Positions 11,969-24,404 of a stretch of 64,000 nt of DNA are shown in pieces. The notes beneath the pieces were generated by a model that had not been told where the DNA came from, did not search any database, and saw nothing but the letters and a program-made list of their open reading frames with translations. The translations under genes were made by a program, and so were the position numbers. Origin of the DNA: Octopus bimaculoides (lineage: Eukaryota); contig NC_068995.1 in the NCBI RefSeq assembly GCF_001194135.2, forward strand, positions 43,497,445-43,561,444, in the 5' to 3' direction. How positions within the stretch are numbered: position 1 is the stretch's first letter; each line of letters begins with the position of its first letter.

Positions 11969-12647
11969 NNNNNNNNNNNNNNNNNNNNNNNNNNNNNNNN
12001 NNNNNNNNNNNNNNNNNNNNNNNNNNNNNNNNNNNNNNNNNNNNNNNNNNNNNNNNNNNNNNNNNNNNNNNNNNNNNNNNNNNNNNNNNNNNNNNNNNNN
12101 NNNNNNNNNNNNNNNNNNNNNNNNNNNNNNNNNNNNNNNNNNNNNNNNNNNNNNNNNNNNNNNNNNNNNNNNNNNNNNNNNNNNNNNNNNNNNNNNNNNN
12201 NNNNNNNNNNNNNNNNNNNNNNNNNNNNNNNNNNNNNNNNNNNNNNNNNNNNNNNNNNTATATATATATAGTTACCAGCCTCAGTTATGATTGTACATTC
12301 ATAATTTACGTTTTGGATTACAGATCGGTCTAATAACGGATAGTGGGATTTAAGAATTGCAACCAGGAGTTTTGCTATTATTAGTATTATTGATATTCCT
12401 TTCATTGTTATTATTATTATCATTATTATTATTATTCCTACTACTAGTATCGTCTGTGTTATCTTTATTTCTGTTATTATCTATACTTCCTTCAATTGTA
12501 GTAGCATTCAAATTCATCTCAGCATCTACAGGCATTGTGGCAGTAATCCCTGTGCTATTATAAACCTCAAAAGCAAGAGAGATAGAGAAAGAGTTACATA
12601 CATGCATACATGCATATATGTATCTACATACAACGCACAAATACATA

Positions 12648-13484
12648 TGAGGAGCGTTCAGTAACGATATGATATCATTCTTTTCCCGCCCAAACTAATG
12701 CTGCATGTCTAAAAACCTATTGGCCACCTTTGCTGTGCTCCCGGCCATTACGTCTAGCAAACAGAAGTGTAAGGTGCGCCTGTCGAATTTACATTTTCAC
12801 GTAAGATGACCGAACGCACCGAGTAGAGACCATAAATACATGTCTCATCACTAGTGGTGTGCACACTCCAGCATGATCGGAGTGATTTCCACATGGAATT
12901 ACTTCTTCTGCTCCGCCACTAGCTTCGGGACGAATTTCGCCTAAACTCTCTGCATACACAAGTTTTCGGTTAAAATGGATTGTATTGATCCCATGCTTAT
13001 TCCCACATCGTGAGCAATTTTCTGAATTATTACATGAAAGTCTCCCATGACTGTTTGCCTGATATTCTCAATCAGCCCTTCGTTTCGGCTTGTGGATGAC
13101 CTGCATGAGCTTACCTCGCTCTCCACGGAAGTGCGGCCCTGCTTGGAGTGATTGCACCACGTCTTGATCTGAGTTTTACCCCTGGCTTCATCACTAAATA
13201 TCTGCTGAAGGTTTTGGGTGGTTTGAACTTGAGTATCACTAATCTTTTCACAAAACTTGAAGCAATATCTCTGTTCAATGGCTTGGATGAAAGCGAAAAT
13301 CCAACGTGCGAGCACATGTCAGTACTCTGGGTGTAACAGCCACGAACTGACGTGGCCAACCGGCACGAAAAGTTTCACTCATGCGCAGGAAGGGTAGCCT
13401 AACCTCTCACCCAAAGGAGTTTTCCCACGTGACATTAGTTTGGGCAGGATATAATAAAGTTTGATGCTTTTTGAACGCATTTCG
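12648..13484 (-). mobile_element. Internally deleted mariner element (Tc1/mariner)
   Basis: Minus ORF EQRYCFKFCEKISDTQVQT...GRTSVESEVSSCRSSTSRNEGLIENIRQ...IAHDVGISMGSIQSILTENLCMQRV*AKFVPKL (mariner HTH and WVPxxL-like linker), then TSDET. Imperfect TIRs TA-TGAGGAGCGTTCA / TGAACGCATTTCG-TA with TA on both sides. Confidence 0.92.
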
Positions 13485-14193
13485 TATATACACACATATA
13501 CATTACTATGTATTTCTCTAAGCATATCGGTTGGGGTACTTTCTCGCTAGGTCATGATAAGCCCTCTCCTAATGATAGCGTTTCTAACCATGATCATTCG
13601 TCCATAGAAGTATTCCATTGATTTGAGGTCTTCATTATGTGACGACATGAATTTCGTTTTAATATTGTATGAAATGGCATGATTATTCTTTGCATTTATC
13701 CCTGCATGTTGAATGATTTACCTAACCCACCAGTTATATACATGTATACGTATGCACATACATGCATACATAAACATGCGCGTGCGGAGTTTACATATTT
13801 ATATATGCGCGCGCGCGTGTGTGTGTGTACATATGGGAGAATGTGTTTATTTGTGGATGTGTGCATGTATTGTCCCTGTTTGGCATGTGTTGGTCACTAT
13901 TCTATCCAAGTTTTAGTATGTGGTTTCAAATTGTTTTTGTTATAGTAGTATTGGAAATCATCGATCTATCTAGCTTTGATTTATGTTCTAAATGTTGTGA
14001 TTGTTTTTATTAATGCTGGTGTTTTGTGTCCATTACTTTTGAAAGGAGCCATAATCTGCTCTGGTCCAACCTAACCGACCTCTTCCCACCGACGAGTGAG
14101 TTGTTTACCTGATATCTTTTTTATGGTTTTCTTAATTATTTCTTGAATGCTGTTTGAATATGCCAGTTATACAATCTCAAGAAGAGATAGAGT

Positions 14194-14373
14194 ATAAACA
14201 GATAACCATACTCAAACATTAAAGTGAGTAGCCAGCTGGTTTTTTGGTATATTGTATATAAAGGGCGTTGAGCATTACACCGAAAACCAACTGGCAGAGA
14301 ACTAGTAGTAACATCCAATTGCCACTTTGATGTGGCTACTCACTTTGCTGTTTGAATATGGTTATCTGTTCAT
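14194..14373. mobile_element. MITE-like foldback, 41 bp inverted arms with an internal hairpin
   Basis: ATAAACAGATAACCATACTCAAACATTAAAGTGAGTAGCCA (14194-14234) vs reverse complement of 14333-14373 ATGAACAGATAACCATATTCAAACAGCAAAGTGAGTAGCCA, 4 mismatches. Confidence 0.75.
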
Positions 14374-14680
14374 TTTATTTTTAGATAATATCACATTTAA
14401 ATTACAAAAGATTAAGTTATGATCTAATTCTTGATTGTTTGTACCTTTGCTTTGTTCACTCGCACACGTCTATAGTCCTCATGTGCAACATTTTTGTTAC
14501 TCTATGTATATGAAAGGGCTTGGGGGAACTAACGCAATGACAAAGAATAATAAAGTGGGAGCAAGTTTCCTTGAAATACACCACACTGGACGTAAAATTC
14601 TATTTCCTACCCCCTCGTTGCATTTTTTCAAAAAGCTGTATATCCTCTCACAGTCTCTGAGCGTCCTCAGTGTTTTATGT

Positions 14681-14792
14681 TGTGAGTTCTAATGCTGCTA
14701 CTGTCGACTTTGCTTCTTATCCTTTCGGGGTTGATTTAATCGATTATCCGACTCCAACTAAGAATGCTGGCCTTGCGCCGGAATTTGAACTC

Positions 14793-14852
<60 letters not shown>
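14681..14852 (+). mobile_element. SINE family A 3' fragment with (AGT)n tail
   Basis: GTCGACTTTGC..TATCCTTTCGGGGTTGAT...GGCCTTGCGCC..AATTTGAA followed by (AGT)n at 14793-14852. Confidence 0.75.
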
Positions 14853-14853
<1 letters not shown>

Positions 14854-15934
14854 AGGAATGTATGTGCATAAACACTCTCATTCATCCCCTCTATTTACTC
14901 ACTTTCTCTCTCGGGTAATTTGCGTGTTGCTCCTCAACTAAATCAGAACACGGCCATCAGTCTTTAGAGTGTGTGTTTCGAGTGTCCGTTTCGAGTGGCT
15001 GTTTTCGTTTGGATCATATTCTGAATGGGGTTCTTTTTTGCCATTTCCATGCACATATGTCTTTATACTTCACTGCATTTATTGTTATGCTTGTTTCCTT
15101 TCTCAGCATCCTAGGTTCCTTTGGATAAGCGTTGTACTCTCTCCCGTTGCAATCCATTCACAAAGCTTCCTTTACTCCATTATACGTGAAGCATAGTTTC
15201 CTAATATTTCCATGATTGTAGACCTTTTGTTACGGTATATATTAGCTATCTTAAGGTATAATTCTATTCCATTTGTTGCTGTTGAGTAATTGGATTCTAC
15301 TTACCTGACGGTTCTCATTAATAACTGCCTTTTTCTATTAAACCACCTGCTCGGTATGCAATAAGGAATTTCCTTTTCTTGGCATCCAAGTTCAGTGCTT
15401 AATTCAATTTTTTAAATTATTAGGATCAAATTTCATAGAGATTATATTTATCTATTCATTTATTTCTTGTTCTTTTTCCCATTAACTTTTGATTCTGATC
15501 ATAAATTCCATTAAACATAGTTATTTTATAGAAATCCTTTATTGTATATCATGAGATATAGTTTAGTTCTAAAATATGCACCTACCCCAATCTTCCCTCA
15601 TAGAGAAGTTTTGAAGTCCGCAATCAAGTTCAAATTACCTCCATCGAATACGTAGTTTAATACGAAATATTGCATTCTATAACAGTTATATTTGGCTTTT
15701 GCTGTGTTTTTCTCAATGGTGTAGATATTATATGCAGGAAAGTAAGTGGAAGGATATTAATGCTTAGCTACAATGTTTTAATGCTTGTTTCAAGGTTTCA
15801 TATAATCATGATAAATGGGGTGTTCATTTTCAAAATGAATCTTATCTCACCTATTTACCTAATTCGATGTCTAAAGTTTGAAACACACACAGTAACACCA
15901 TAGACACTTGCAACTTCTGAAGAGTTAATCCATG

Positions 15935-16155
15935 ATGTTCCAATAACTATATAGAAATTGCTAATAGAAATTGAAAAAAATGTGGCATCTCAAGGCGACT
16001 ACCGTACCAGTGATTGTAGGATCCCTAGGAATGATAAAAAAAAGGTACTGAAACATATTTTAAAATAATACCAGGCTTACTATCCCTACAGGAAGTGCAA
16101 AAAATCGTGCTAACTGGAACGACTCATGTACTGAAAAGAGCATTATCGCTGTGAA
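15935..16155 (+). mobile_element. R4/Dong-type (RLE) LINE 3' coding end
   Basis: LLIEIEKMWHLKATTVPVIVGSLGMIKK / GTETYFKIIPGLLSLQEVQKIVLTGTTHVLKRALSL* (one frameshift), the typical RLE-LINE C-terminus. Confidence 0.85.
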
Positions 16156-16756
16156 AACAACATCCATTCATGAATTTATTTATTTATTTACTTTTTAAAT
16201 ACATATTTTACCTGTGAATTTACGTGTGTAAACTGGGAATGAATACAATGCGCTTCTCGGCGAGAAATGGAAGAAAATTTGAAGAAAGAAGAAAAAAAAA
16301 CAACAATGATAATGATAATGATGATGATGATGATAATAATANNNNNNNNNNNNNNNNNNNNNNNNNNNNNNNNNNNNNNNNNNNNNNNNNNNNNNNNNNN
16401 NNNNNNNNNNNNNNNNNNNNNNNNNNNNNNNNNNNNNNNNNNNNNNNNNNNNNNNNNNNNNNNNNNNNNNNNNNNNNNNNNNNNNNNNNNNNNNNNNNNN
16501 NNNNNNNNNNNNNNNNNNNNNNNNNNNNNNNNNNNNNNNNNNNNNNNNNNNNNNNNNNNNNNNNNNNNNNNNNNNNNNNNNNNNNNNNNNNNNNNNNNNN
16601 NNNNNNNNNNNNNNNNNNNNNNNNNNNNNNNNNNNNNNNNNNNNNNNNNNNNNNNNNNNNNNNNNNNNNNNNNNNNNNNNNNNNNNNNNNNNNNNNNNNN
16701 NNNNNNNNNNNNNNNNNNNNNNNNNNNNNNNGAACAATAATAATAATAATAATAAT

Positions 16757-16974
16757 AAAATATTCAGACAAATACATAACAAAAATACCAGGACTTACAA
16801 ATATATATAACATACAGAAAATTGCACTACTGGGTACTGCACACATTCTACGCAAAACACTTTCAATACAGTAACCATAAGAGCACCACAGCAAACCACA
16901 GCACATACCCAAGGCGCACAGAGCTGCGCTCGGTAGTGAAGTGAAAGCACGTTATAAAAATAAAACTACTGAAC

Positions 16975-17056
<82 letters not shown>
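16757..17056 (+). mobile_element. Second R4/Dong LINE 3' end with UTR and (AAT)n tail
   Basis: KYSDKYITKIPGLTNIYNIQKIALLGTAHILRKTLSIQ*, ~100 nt UTR, (AAT)n at 16975-17056. Confidence 0.88.
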
Positions 17057-17131
17057 GCAACAACAATTACAAATGGAAAAGAAAATAGAATATTTTCATT
17101 TATTTTGTTTTCTTCGGAAAATGTTGTATTT

Positions 17132-17171
<40 letters not shown>

Positions 17172-17392
17172 GCAGCAACATCAGAAGCAACATGTTCATT
17201 ATCATCCTCGTTGTCAACCACATTAGCCCCATAATCGCGATGGTAATCATAACATCGGTAGCATCGTCATTATAATGCTTCATTATCATCAGAACGAACA
17301 CACCCCCCCCGCTTCTGTCATCATTATCGCCATTATGGCCATTATCATCTTCAACATTGCTACCACCGTCGTCAACACAAGCATCAGCATCC

Positions 17393-18138
17393 TCACACAT
17401 ATACCATTACCGTCATTATCTTAATCATCGCCATCGTCATCATCATCATCACCATTATCATCATCATCGCCATCATCATCATCTTCACCATTATCATCAT
17501 CATCATCATCATCAATATCCTTATCATCACTATCAACATCATTATCATCATCATCATCATCATCATTATCATCATCATCATCATTATCATTCTCATCATT
17601 ATCATCACCATCGCCATCATCATCACCATCACCATCATCATCAACATCATCATCACCATCATCACCATCATCATCATCATCATCATCACCATCAACATCA
17701 TCATCATTATCATCACTATCAACATCATTATCATCATCATCATCATCATCATTATCATCATCATCATCATTATCATTCTCATCATTATCATCACCATCAC
17801 CATCATCATCNNNNNNNNNNNNNNNNNNNNNNNNNNNNNNNNNNNNNNNNNNNNNNNNNNNNNNNNNNNNNNNNNNNNNNNNNNNNNNNNNNNNNNNNNN
17901 NNNNNNNNNNNNNNNNNNNNNNNNNNNNNNNNNNNNNNNNNNNNNNNNNNNNNNNNNNNNNNNNNNNNNNNNNNNNCATCATCACCATCATCATCATCAT
18001 TATCATCATCATCATCATCATCATCATTATCATCACTATCATCATCATCATCATCATCACTATCATCATCATTATCATCACTATCATTATCATTATCATC
18101 ACCATCACCATCATCATCACCATCACCATCATCATCAC

Positions 18139-18198
<60 letters not shown>

Positions 18199-18230
18199 TT
18201 TCATCATCATCATCATCATCATCATTGCCA
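17393..18230. repeat. Degenerate (ATC)n array with higher-order ~90 bp duplication
   Basis: ATC/ATT/ACC variant run; block ...CACTATCAACATCATT...ATTCTCATCATTATCATCACCATC occurs at ~17525 and ~17712. Confidence 0.9.
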
Positions 18231-18785
18231 TTGATATTTGATCATCTTGATTGTTCGTCTTCCGCTATCAAGTCGATTTGGCAGAATCTATCATATCTAA
18301 ACAATAAACACATCGAGAAAAAAAAATATAAATAAGTAAACAAAATGAATATGTAAATAAATACAGAAATAAATATGAATACGATATAATATTTTCTTCG
18401 TTATCATGCGATTAATATAGATGCTGGACTTAAATCTAAGAATCAGTATATTGAAACGCAGCCAGAAACATCATTGTTTCCACTGTATTTAAGGTACGGA
18501 ATGTACCTCAGGTCACAACATGGATATTTCATTAGGACCATTGCCAAATTATCTGTTCGAAAGGACTATCAGTCGCCATATCCACGCAAGGCTGTTTATA
18601 AACGATTCGAGTGATTAACTGGGGGTTATCAAATAGTGTATAAACTTTTCTAATGGTTTAACTACTAATTATTATACAGTGTTTTCACTATAGGAGTTTC
18701 TAAACTATTGGTCGGAATACCGAAGTTGGTAACATAAACTTCCTTTCGTTTTTGTCTCTTTGTGTCTGTCTCTCTCGATTGCTCA

Positions 18786-18856
<71 letters not shown>

Positions 18857-19426
18857 AAACTCACACACACACATCTATATATACATAAGGTGCCCCACGG
18901 TATCATAAACTTTGGACTGAAAAGCACAATAGAGTATATAAATATATATATGTATGTGTATTATATGTATGTACGTGTTGTGTATATGCTATATGTATAG
19001 ATGTGTTGTGTGTATTATATGTACGTATGTATTGTGTGTATGAGTGAGTATATATGTGTGCGTGTGTGTGTGTATGAGAGAGAGAGAGTGTGTGTGAAAA
19101 ATAAGTTCAAAAGAGAACAATTCAAACTTTTTTGAGAGGTCTAAAAAGAGATAAAGAATGATTTCTAATAGAGATTCATCATATTCATAAAAAAACAGCC
19201 GGAGCAAGTAATAACTATACGAAAATAGTAGTTGAAAAATATCGTTATAGGTATAAATATACCATAAACAATTAGAGAAAAATGGAGGAGAAAAAGATGT
19301 TGAAACAAAATTAGATTTAACACAAAATAAGATCACGCGTATGCATTGAATCCTATATTGTATTAAATCTAATTTTGATTCAACATCTTTTTCTCCTCCA
19401 TTTTTCTATAATTGCTTATGGTGTAT

Positions 19427-19462
<36 letters not shown>

Positions 19463-19893
19463 NNNNNNNNNNNNNNNNNNNNNNNNNNNNNNNNNNNNNN
19501 NNNNNNNNNNNNNNNNNNNNNNNNNNNNNNNNNNNNNNNNNNNNNNNNNNNNNNNNNNNNNNNNNNNNNNNNNNNNNNNNNNNNNNNNNNNNNNNNNNNN
19601 NNNNNNNNNNNNNNNNNNNNNNNNNNNNNNNNNNNNNNNNNNNNNNNNNNNNNNNNNNNNNNNNNNNNNNNNNNNNNNNNNNNNNNNNNNNNNNNNNNNN
19701 NNNNNNNNNNNNNNNNNNNNNNNNNNNNNNNNNNNNNNNNNNNNNNNNNNNNNNNNNNNNNNNNNNNNNNNNNNNNNNNNNNNNNNNNNNNNNNNNNNNN
19801 NNNNNNNNNNNNNNNNNNNNNNNNNNNNNNNNNNNNNNNNNNNNNNNNNNNNNNNNNNNNNNNNNNNNNNNNNNNNNNNNNNNNNNNNNNNNN

Positions 19894-19945
<52 letters not shown>

Positions 19946-19949
19946 TGTG

Positions 19950-20185
19950 TTTGTGTGCGTATGTGCGTGTGCGTGTTTGTGAGTGTGTTGTCGGCCACTA
20001 CCGCTTGACAACTAGTGGTAGTTTGTTTACGTGCTCGTAAACCAGCGGTTCCGGAAAAAAAAGACTGACAGAATAAGTACCAGGCTTTAAAAAGTTAAGA
20101 ACTGAAGAGAATCATTCGACTACAAGTCCCTAAAAGTCGTGCTCAAGCATGGCCGTAGTATGCTGACTGAAATGGATATAAATGA
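19950..20185 (+). mobile_element. SINE family B 3' half
   Basis: CCACTACCGCTTGACAAC...AGACTGACAGAATAAGTACCAGGCTT...AGCATGGCCGTAGT..TGACTGAAA is the reverse complement of the 45135 copy. Confidence 0.8.
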
Positions 20186-21198
20186 TTTTCAAAGTGTCGG
20201 GTGGGAGGGCTACGTGCGTCTGTATATACATACACATACCAACACACAGGCACATACACATGTATACGCATGTAAAGATACGTTATTACAAATATACATG
20301 CATAAAGTCCGTTAATTCCATATAGGTGGTTAGTCCAATACTATATATAGTGTTTAAACAACTATTAAGAGAACGTATACAAGAAAGAAGTATTTGGAAA
20401 CAAACAAACAGCAAAGGAAAATTATCCAGTGAGTATGACTGGTATCCTTGTTATTACTTATCGACCACTATTAAACATCAAATGTATGTTTAAATGATGA
20501 AAAACACTTGTCTGTAACGACAACTATTGCGTGATTGTGACAAAAGCGGATAGGCCATCTTAAATTATTTCTCATTTCTGGAATTTATTTCGAGTTTTCT
20601 TTCTGGATTTTATGATTATATTTTGTTGCAGCTTCAACTGCATGATGTTCATATTTACTGCAACCAGTTCTGCATTGTCTTGTAATTTATGCAAAGAATT
20701 CTGTACCGAGATATTTGCTTTTATAAATTGGATATTCGATGCAATGTACCTCTGGCTACAGCATGGTTATTTCATTAGGACCATTGCCAAATGTTCTGTT
20801 ACAAAGGACTATCAGTCGCCATCTCCTCGCAAGGCTGTTTATAAACGAACGATTCGAGTGATTAACTGGAGGTTATCAAACAGTGTATAAACTTTCCTAA
20901 CGTTTAACTACTAACTATTATACAGTGTTTTCACTATAGGAGTTTCTAAACTATTGGCTGGAATACCGAAGTTGGTTAAGTAAAATTCATTTAGTTTCTG
21001 TGCCTCTTTGTCTATGTCTTTGTATCTCTCTCAGTTGCTCACTTACACACACACGCAAAACACACACATTGATTTATACATATGATTTATATTTAATTAA
21101 GGTGATTAGACGCAATTTAAAACCAAAATCGAAATAATTCCCTTAACTAAAAGTGACCAAGTGTACAGGAAGCCTTTGGTCAATTTCACTGAGTGAAT

Positions 21199-21247
<49 letters not shown>

Positions 21248-22264
21248 NNNNNNNNNNNNNNNNNNNNNNNNNNNNNNNNNNNNNNNNNNNNNNNNNNNNN
21301 NNNNNNNNNNNNNNNNNNNNNNNNNNNNNNNNNNNNNNNNNNNNNNNNNNNNNNNNNNNNNNNNNNNNNNNNNNNNNNNNNNNNNNNNNNNNNNNNNNNN
21401 NNNNNNNNNNNNNNNNNNNNNNNNNNNNNNNNNNNNNNNNNNNNNNNNNNNNNNNNNNNNNNNNNNNNNNNNNNNNNNNNNNNNNNNNNNNNNNNNNNNN
21501 NNNNNNNNNNNNNNNNNNNNNNNNNNNNNNNNNNNNNNNNNNNNNNNNNNNNNNNNNNNNNNNNNNNNNNNNNNNNNNNNNNNNNNNNNNNNNNNNNNNN
21601 NNNNNNNNNNNNNNNNNNNNNNNNNNNNNNNNNNNNNNNNNNNNNNNNNNNNNNNNNNNNNNNNNNNNNNNNNNNNNNNNNNNNNNNNNNNNNNNNNNNN
21701 NNNNNNNNNNNNNNNNNNNNNNNNNNNNNNNNNNNNNNNNNNNNNNNNNNNNNNNNNNNNNNNNNNNNNNNNNNNNNNNNNNNNNNNNNNNNNNNNNNNN
21801 NNNNNNNNNNNNNNNNNNNNNNNNNNNNNNNNNNNNNNNNNNNNNNNNNNNNNNNNNNNNNNNNNNNNNNNNNNNNNNNNNNNNNNNNNNNNNNNNNNNN
21901 NNNNNNNNNNNNNNNNNNNNNNNNNNNNNNNNNNNNNNNNNNNNNNNNNNNNNNNNNNNNNNNNNNNNNNNNNNNNNNNNNNNNNNNNNNNNNNNNNNNN
22001 NNNNNNNNNNNNNNNNNNNNNNNNNNNNNNNNNNNNNNNNNNNNNNNNNNNNNNNNNNNNNNNNNNNNNNNNNNNNNNNNNNNNNNNNNNNNNNNNNNNN
22101 NNNNNNNNNNNNNNNNNNNNNNNNNNNNNNNNNNNNNNNNNNNNNNNNNNNNNNNNNNNNNNNNNNNNNNNNNNNNNNNNNNNNNNNNNNNNNNNNNNNN
22201 NNNNNNNNNNNNNNNNNNNNNNNTATATAATATATATATATTCCTTCCTACCTTTATCGTTCTC

Positions 22265-22530
22265 ACTTCAGGCCCATCGCGTGGCCCCTTGTGCAAGTAT
22301 TTTCTACTGCACCCTAGTGCCGACCTAATCTTTGTCAGTGGATTTAGCAGACGGAAATAGAAAGAAGCCCGTCGAATATATCTATATCTATTTGTGTGTA
22401 TACGTGTGTGTGTGTGAGTGTGTGTATGTGTTTGTGTGTTCACTGCCACCACTTGATAACCGGAGTCGGTTTGTTTCCGTTCCCGTAACTTAACATGGCC
22501 GTAGTCTAATCACTGAAATGGATGTAGAAC
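22265..22530 (+). mobile_element. SINE family B, internally deleted copy
   Basis: TCAGGCCCATCGCGTGGCCCCTTGTGCAAGTATTTTCTACT...GGATTTAGCAGACGGAAATAGAAAGAAGCCCGTCG...(GT)n...CATGGCCGTAGTCTAATCACTGAAA. Confidence 0.8.
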
Positions 22531-23433
22531 ATAAGAAATACTCAAAGTGTGTGTATGGAGGAACGGGTGCAGTGCGTCTGTATATGCATGCGCATACTAT
22601 CTCTCAGACACATATGAATGTGTCTCTAAAGACAGTTAAGTACAAATATACATATATACAATCAGTTAATTCCATACAAGTGTATGGAATTAACGGATAC
22701 TAAATATCTTGTTTAAAAAACTATTAATAGAACGTAGGCAAGAAACAAATATTTGCAAATAAGCAAACAACAAAAGAAAATATCCCGGTGAGTATGACAG
22801 CTATATATTTTGGATTACGTATCGACCACTTTTAAACATCAAATAATGAAAAACACTTGTCTGTAACGACAGCGATTGACTCTGACTAAAGCCGACAGAT
22901 TTTCTTAAATTTTTGCACCATACTGGATTTGATTTCGTGTTTTCTGTCTATATTTTATGGTTGTATATTGTTACAACTTCGCGGCACGATATTCATAATT
23001 GCTGCAGCCACTTCTGCATTGTCTTTGTAATTTATGTAAAGCATTCTGTACCGACATTTTTTGCTATTTAGAAATTTTAATATTTACTTCTTTTGCATAA
23101 TAAAAACAAGAGAAAAGAACGTTAACAAGATAGACAAACGATATAGATGTAGCAATATATTACTAAGTGTCAGTCGAGTACATCTAAAAAAAATACGTTT
23201 CATAAATATTTGATTACCACCACGCTGAAAGATTCAGGTACACAACAGCTATAATTGAATCCTGGTCAGAGAAACCTCGAACAAATGGAAGTAAATTGGA
23301 AAAAAATTCACTACATAAAACTGAAAAGGAAACGGAATATTGAAACGTCTAACAAATTGGTCAGACAGCAGAGCTCAGTATTAATAATAATAATAATGAT
23401 AATAAAGATGATGATGATGATGATGATGATGAT

Positions 23434-23605
23434 GATAATCCTTTCTACAATAAGCACAATTTGGAGGAGGGGGATATTCGATTACATCGAGCCCAATACT
23501 CAACTGATACTTGATTTATCGACCCCAAAAGGATAAAAAGGAAAATCGACCTCGACGGAATTTGAAACGTCTAACAAATTTGTCAAACAGCTGAGCTCAG
23601 TATTA
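23434..23605 (-). mobile_element. SINE family A, 5'-truncated
   Basis: ATAATCCTTTCTAC...GATTTATCGACCCCAAAAGGATAAAAAGG..AATCGACCTCGACGGAATTTGAA. Confidence 0.8.
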
Positions 23606-23652
23606 ATAATAATAATAATTATTATTATTATTATTATTATTATTATCATCAT

Positions 23653-23862
23653 TATTATCCTTTCAACTGGAAACACAAGGCCTCAAATTTGGGGAAGCGA
23701 TTAAGTCGATTACTTCGACGCCAATACTTATTTAATCTACCCCGAAAGGATGAAAGGCAACGTCGACCTCGACGGAATTAAAAGTCGGAACGTAGCGATG
23801 GGCGAAATAACGCAAAGCATTTCGTCCGGCGTCCTAACGACTCTGCCAGCTCGTCGCTTTCA
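23653..23862 (-). mobile_element. SINE family A, full length
   Basis: From ATCCTTTCAACT..CACAAGGCC to TAACGACTCTGCCAGCTCGTCGC (head). Confidence 0.9.
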
Positions 23863-23888
23863 ATAATAATAATAATAATAATAATAAT

Positions 23889-23923
<35 letters not shown>

Positions 23924-23974
23924 TGATTATGATGATGATGATGATGATGATGATGATAATAATAATAATAATTA

Positions 23975-24165
23975 GAAATTTTTGTCACAAGGACAACTTG
24001 GGTTAGGGGACTACGTCGATTACATCGACCCCAGTGCGTAACTGGTGCTTATTTTATCGACCCCTAAAGGATGAAAGGTAAAGTCGGCCTCAGCGGAATT
24101 TGAATTCAAAACGTAAAGATAGAGGAATTGCCGCTAAGCATTTTGCCCGGCGTGCTAACGATTCT
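23975..24165 (-). mobile_element. SINE family A
   Basis: GTCGATTACATCGACCCCAGTGCGTAACTGG...GATGAAAGGTAAAGTCGGCCTCAGCGGAATTTGAA...GGCGTGCTAACGATTC. Confidence 0.9.
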
Positions 24166-24378
24166 TTTCTACTCTAGGCACAAGGCCCAAAATTTTGGGG
24201 GAGCGGGCTAGTCAATTAGATCGACCCCCATTACGCAATTGTTACTTAATTTATCGACCCCGGAAGGATGAAAAGCAAAGTCGATCTCGACACAACTTGA
24301 ACTCAAAACGTAAAGACGGAGTAAATACCTCTAAGCATTTTGCCCACCATACTAACAATTCTGCCAGCTCGTTGGCTT
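24166..24378 (-). mobile_element. SINE family A, full length
   Basis: TTTTCTACTCTAGGCACAAGGCCC...GATGAAAAGCAAAGTCGA...TAACAATTCTGCCAGCTCGTTGGC. Confidence 0.9.
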
Positions 24379-24404
24379 AAATTGCTCCTACTAAAAATAA
24401 TGAT

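Larger units (their letters stand above)
18500..23070 (+). repeat. Tandem segmental duplication, period ~2.25-2.35 kb
   Basis: 18519-18800 matches 20762-21060 (roughly 85-90% by eye); 20150-20725 matches 22494-23065 (roughly 70% by eye), same orientation. Confidence 0.9.

Noticed and set aside
14960-15010. Twin GTTTCGAGTG motifs (CGAAAC on minus) with nearby CTGATGG
   Set aside because: Core is not CTGANGA and the arrangement gives no pairable stems.
17357-18241. His-rich 294 aa and poly-Met/Ile ORFs
   Set aside because: Translations of an (ATC)n microsatellite spanning an N gap; open in several frames, with no splice or codon evidence.
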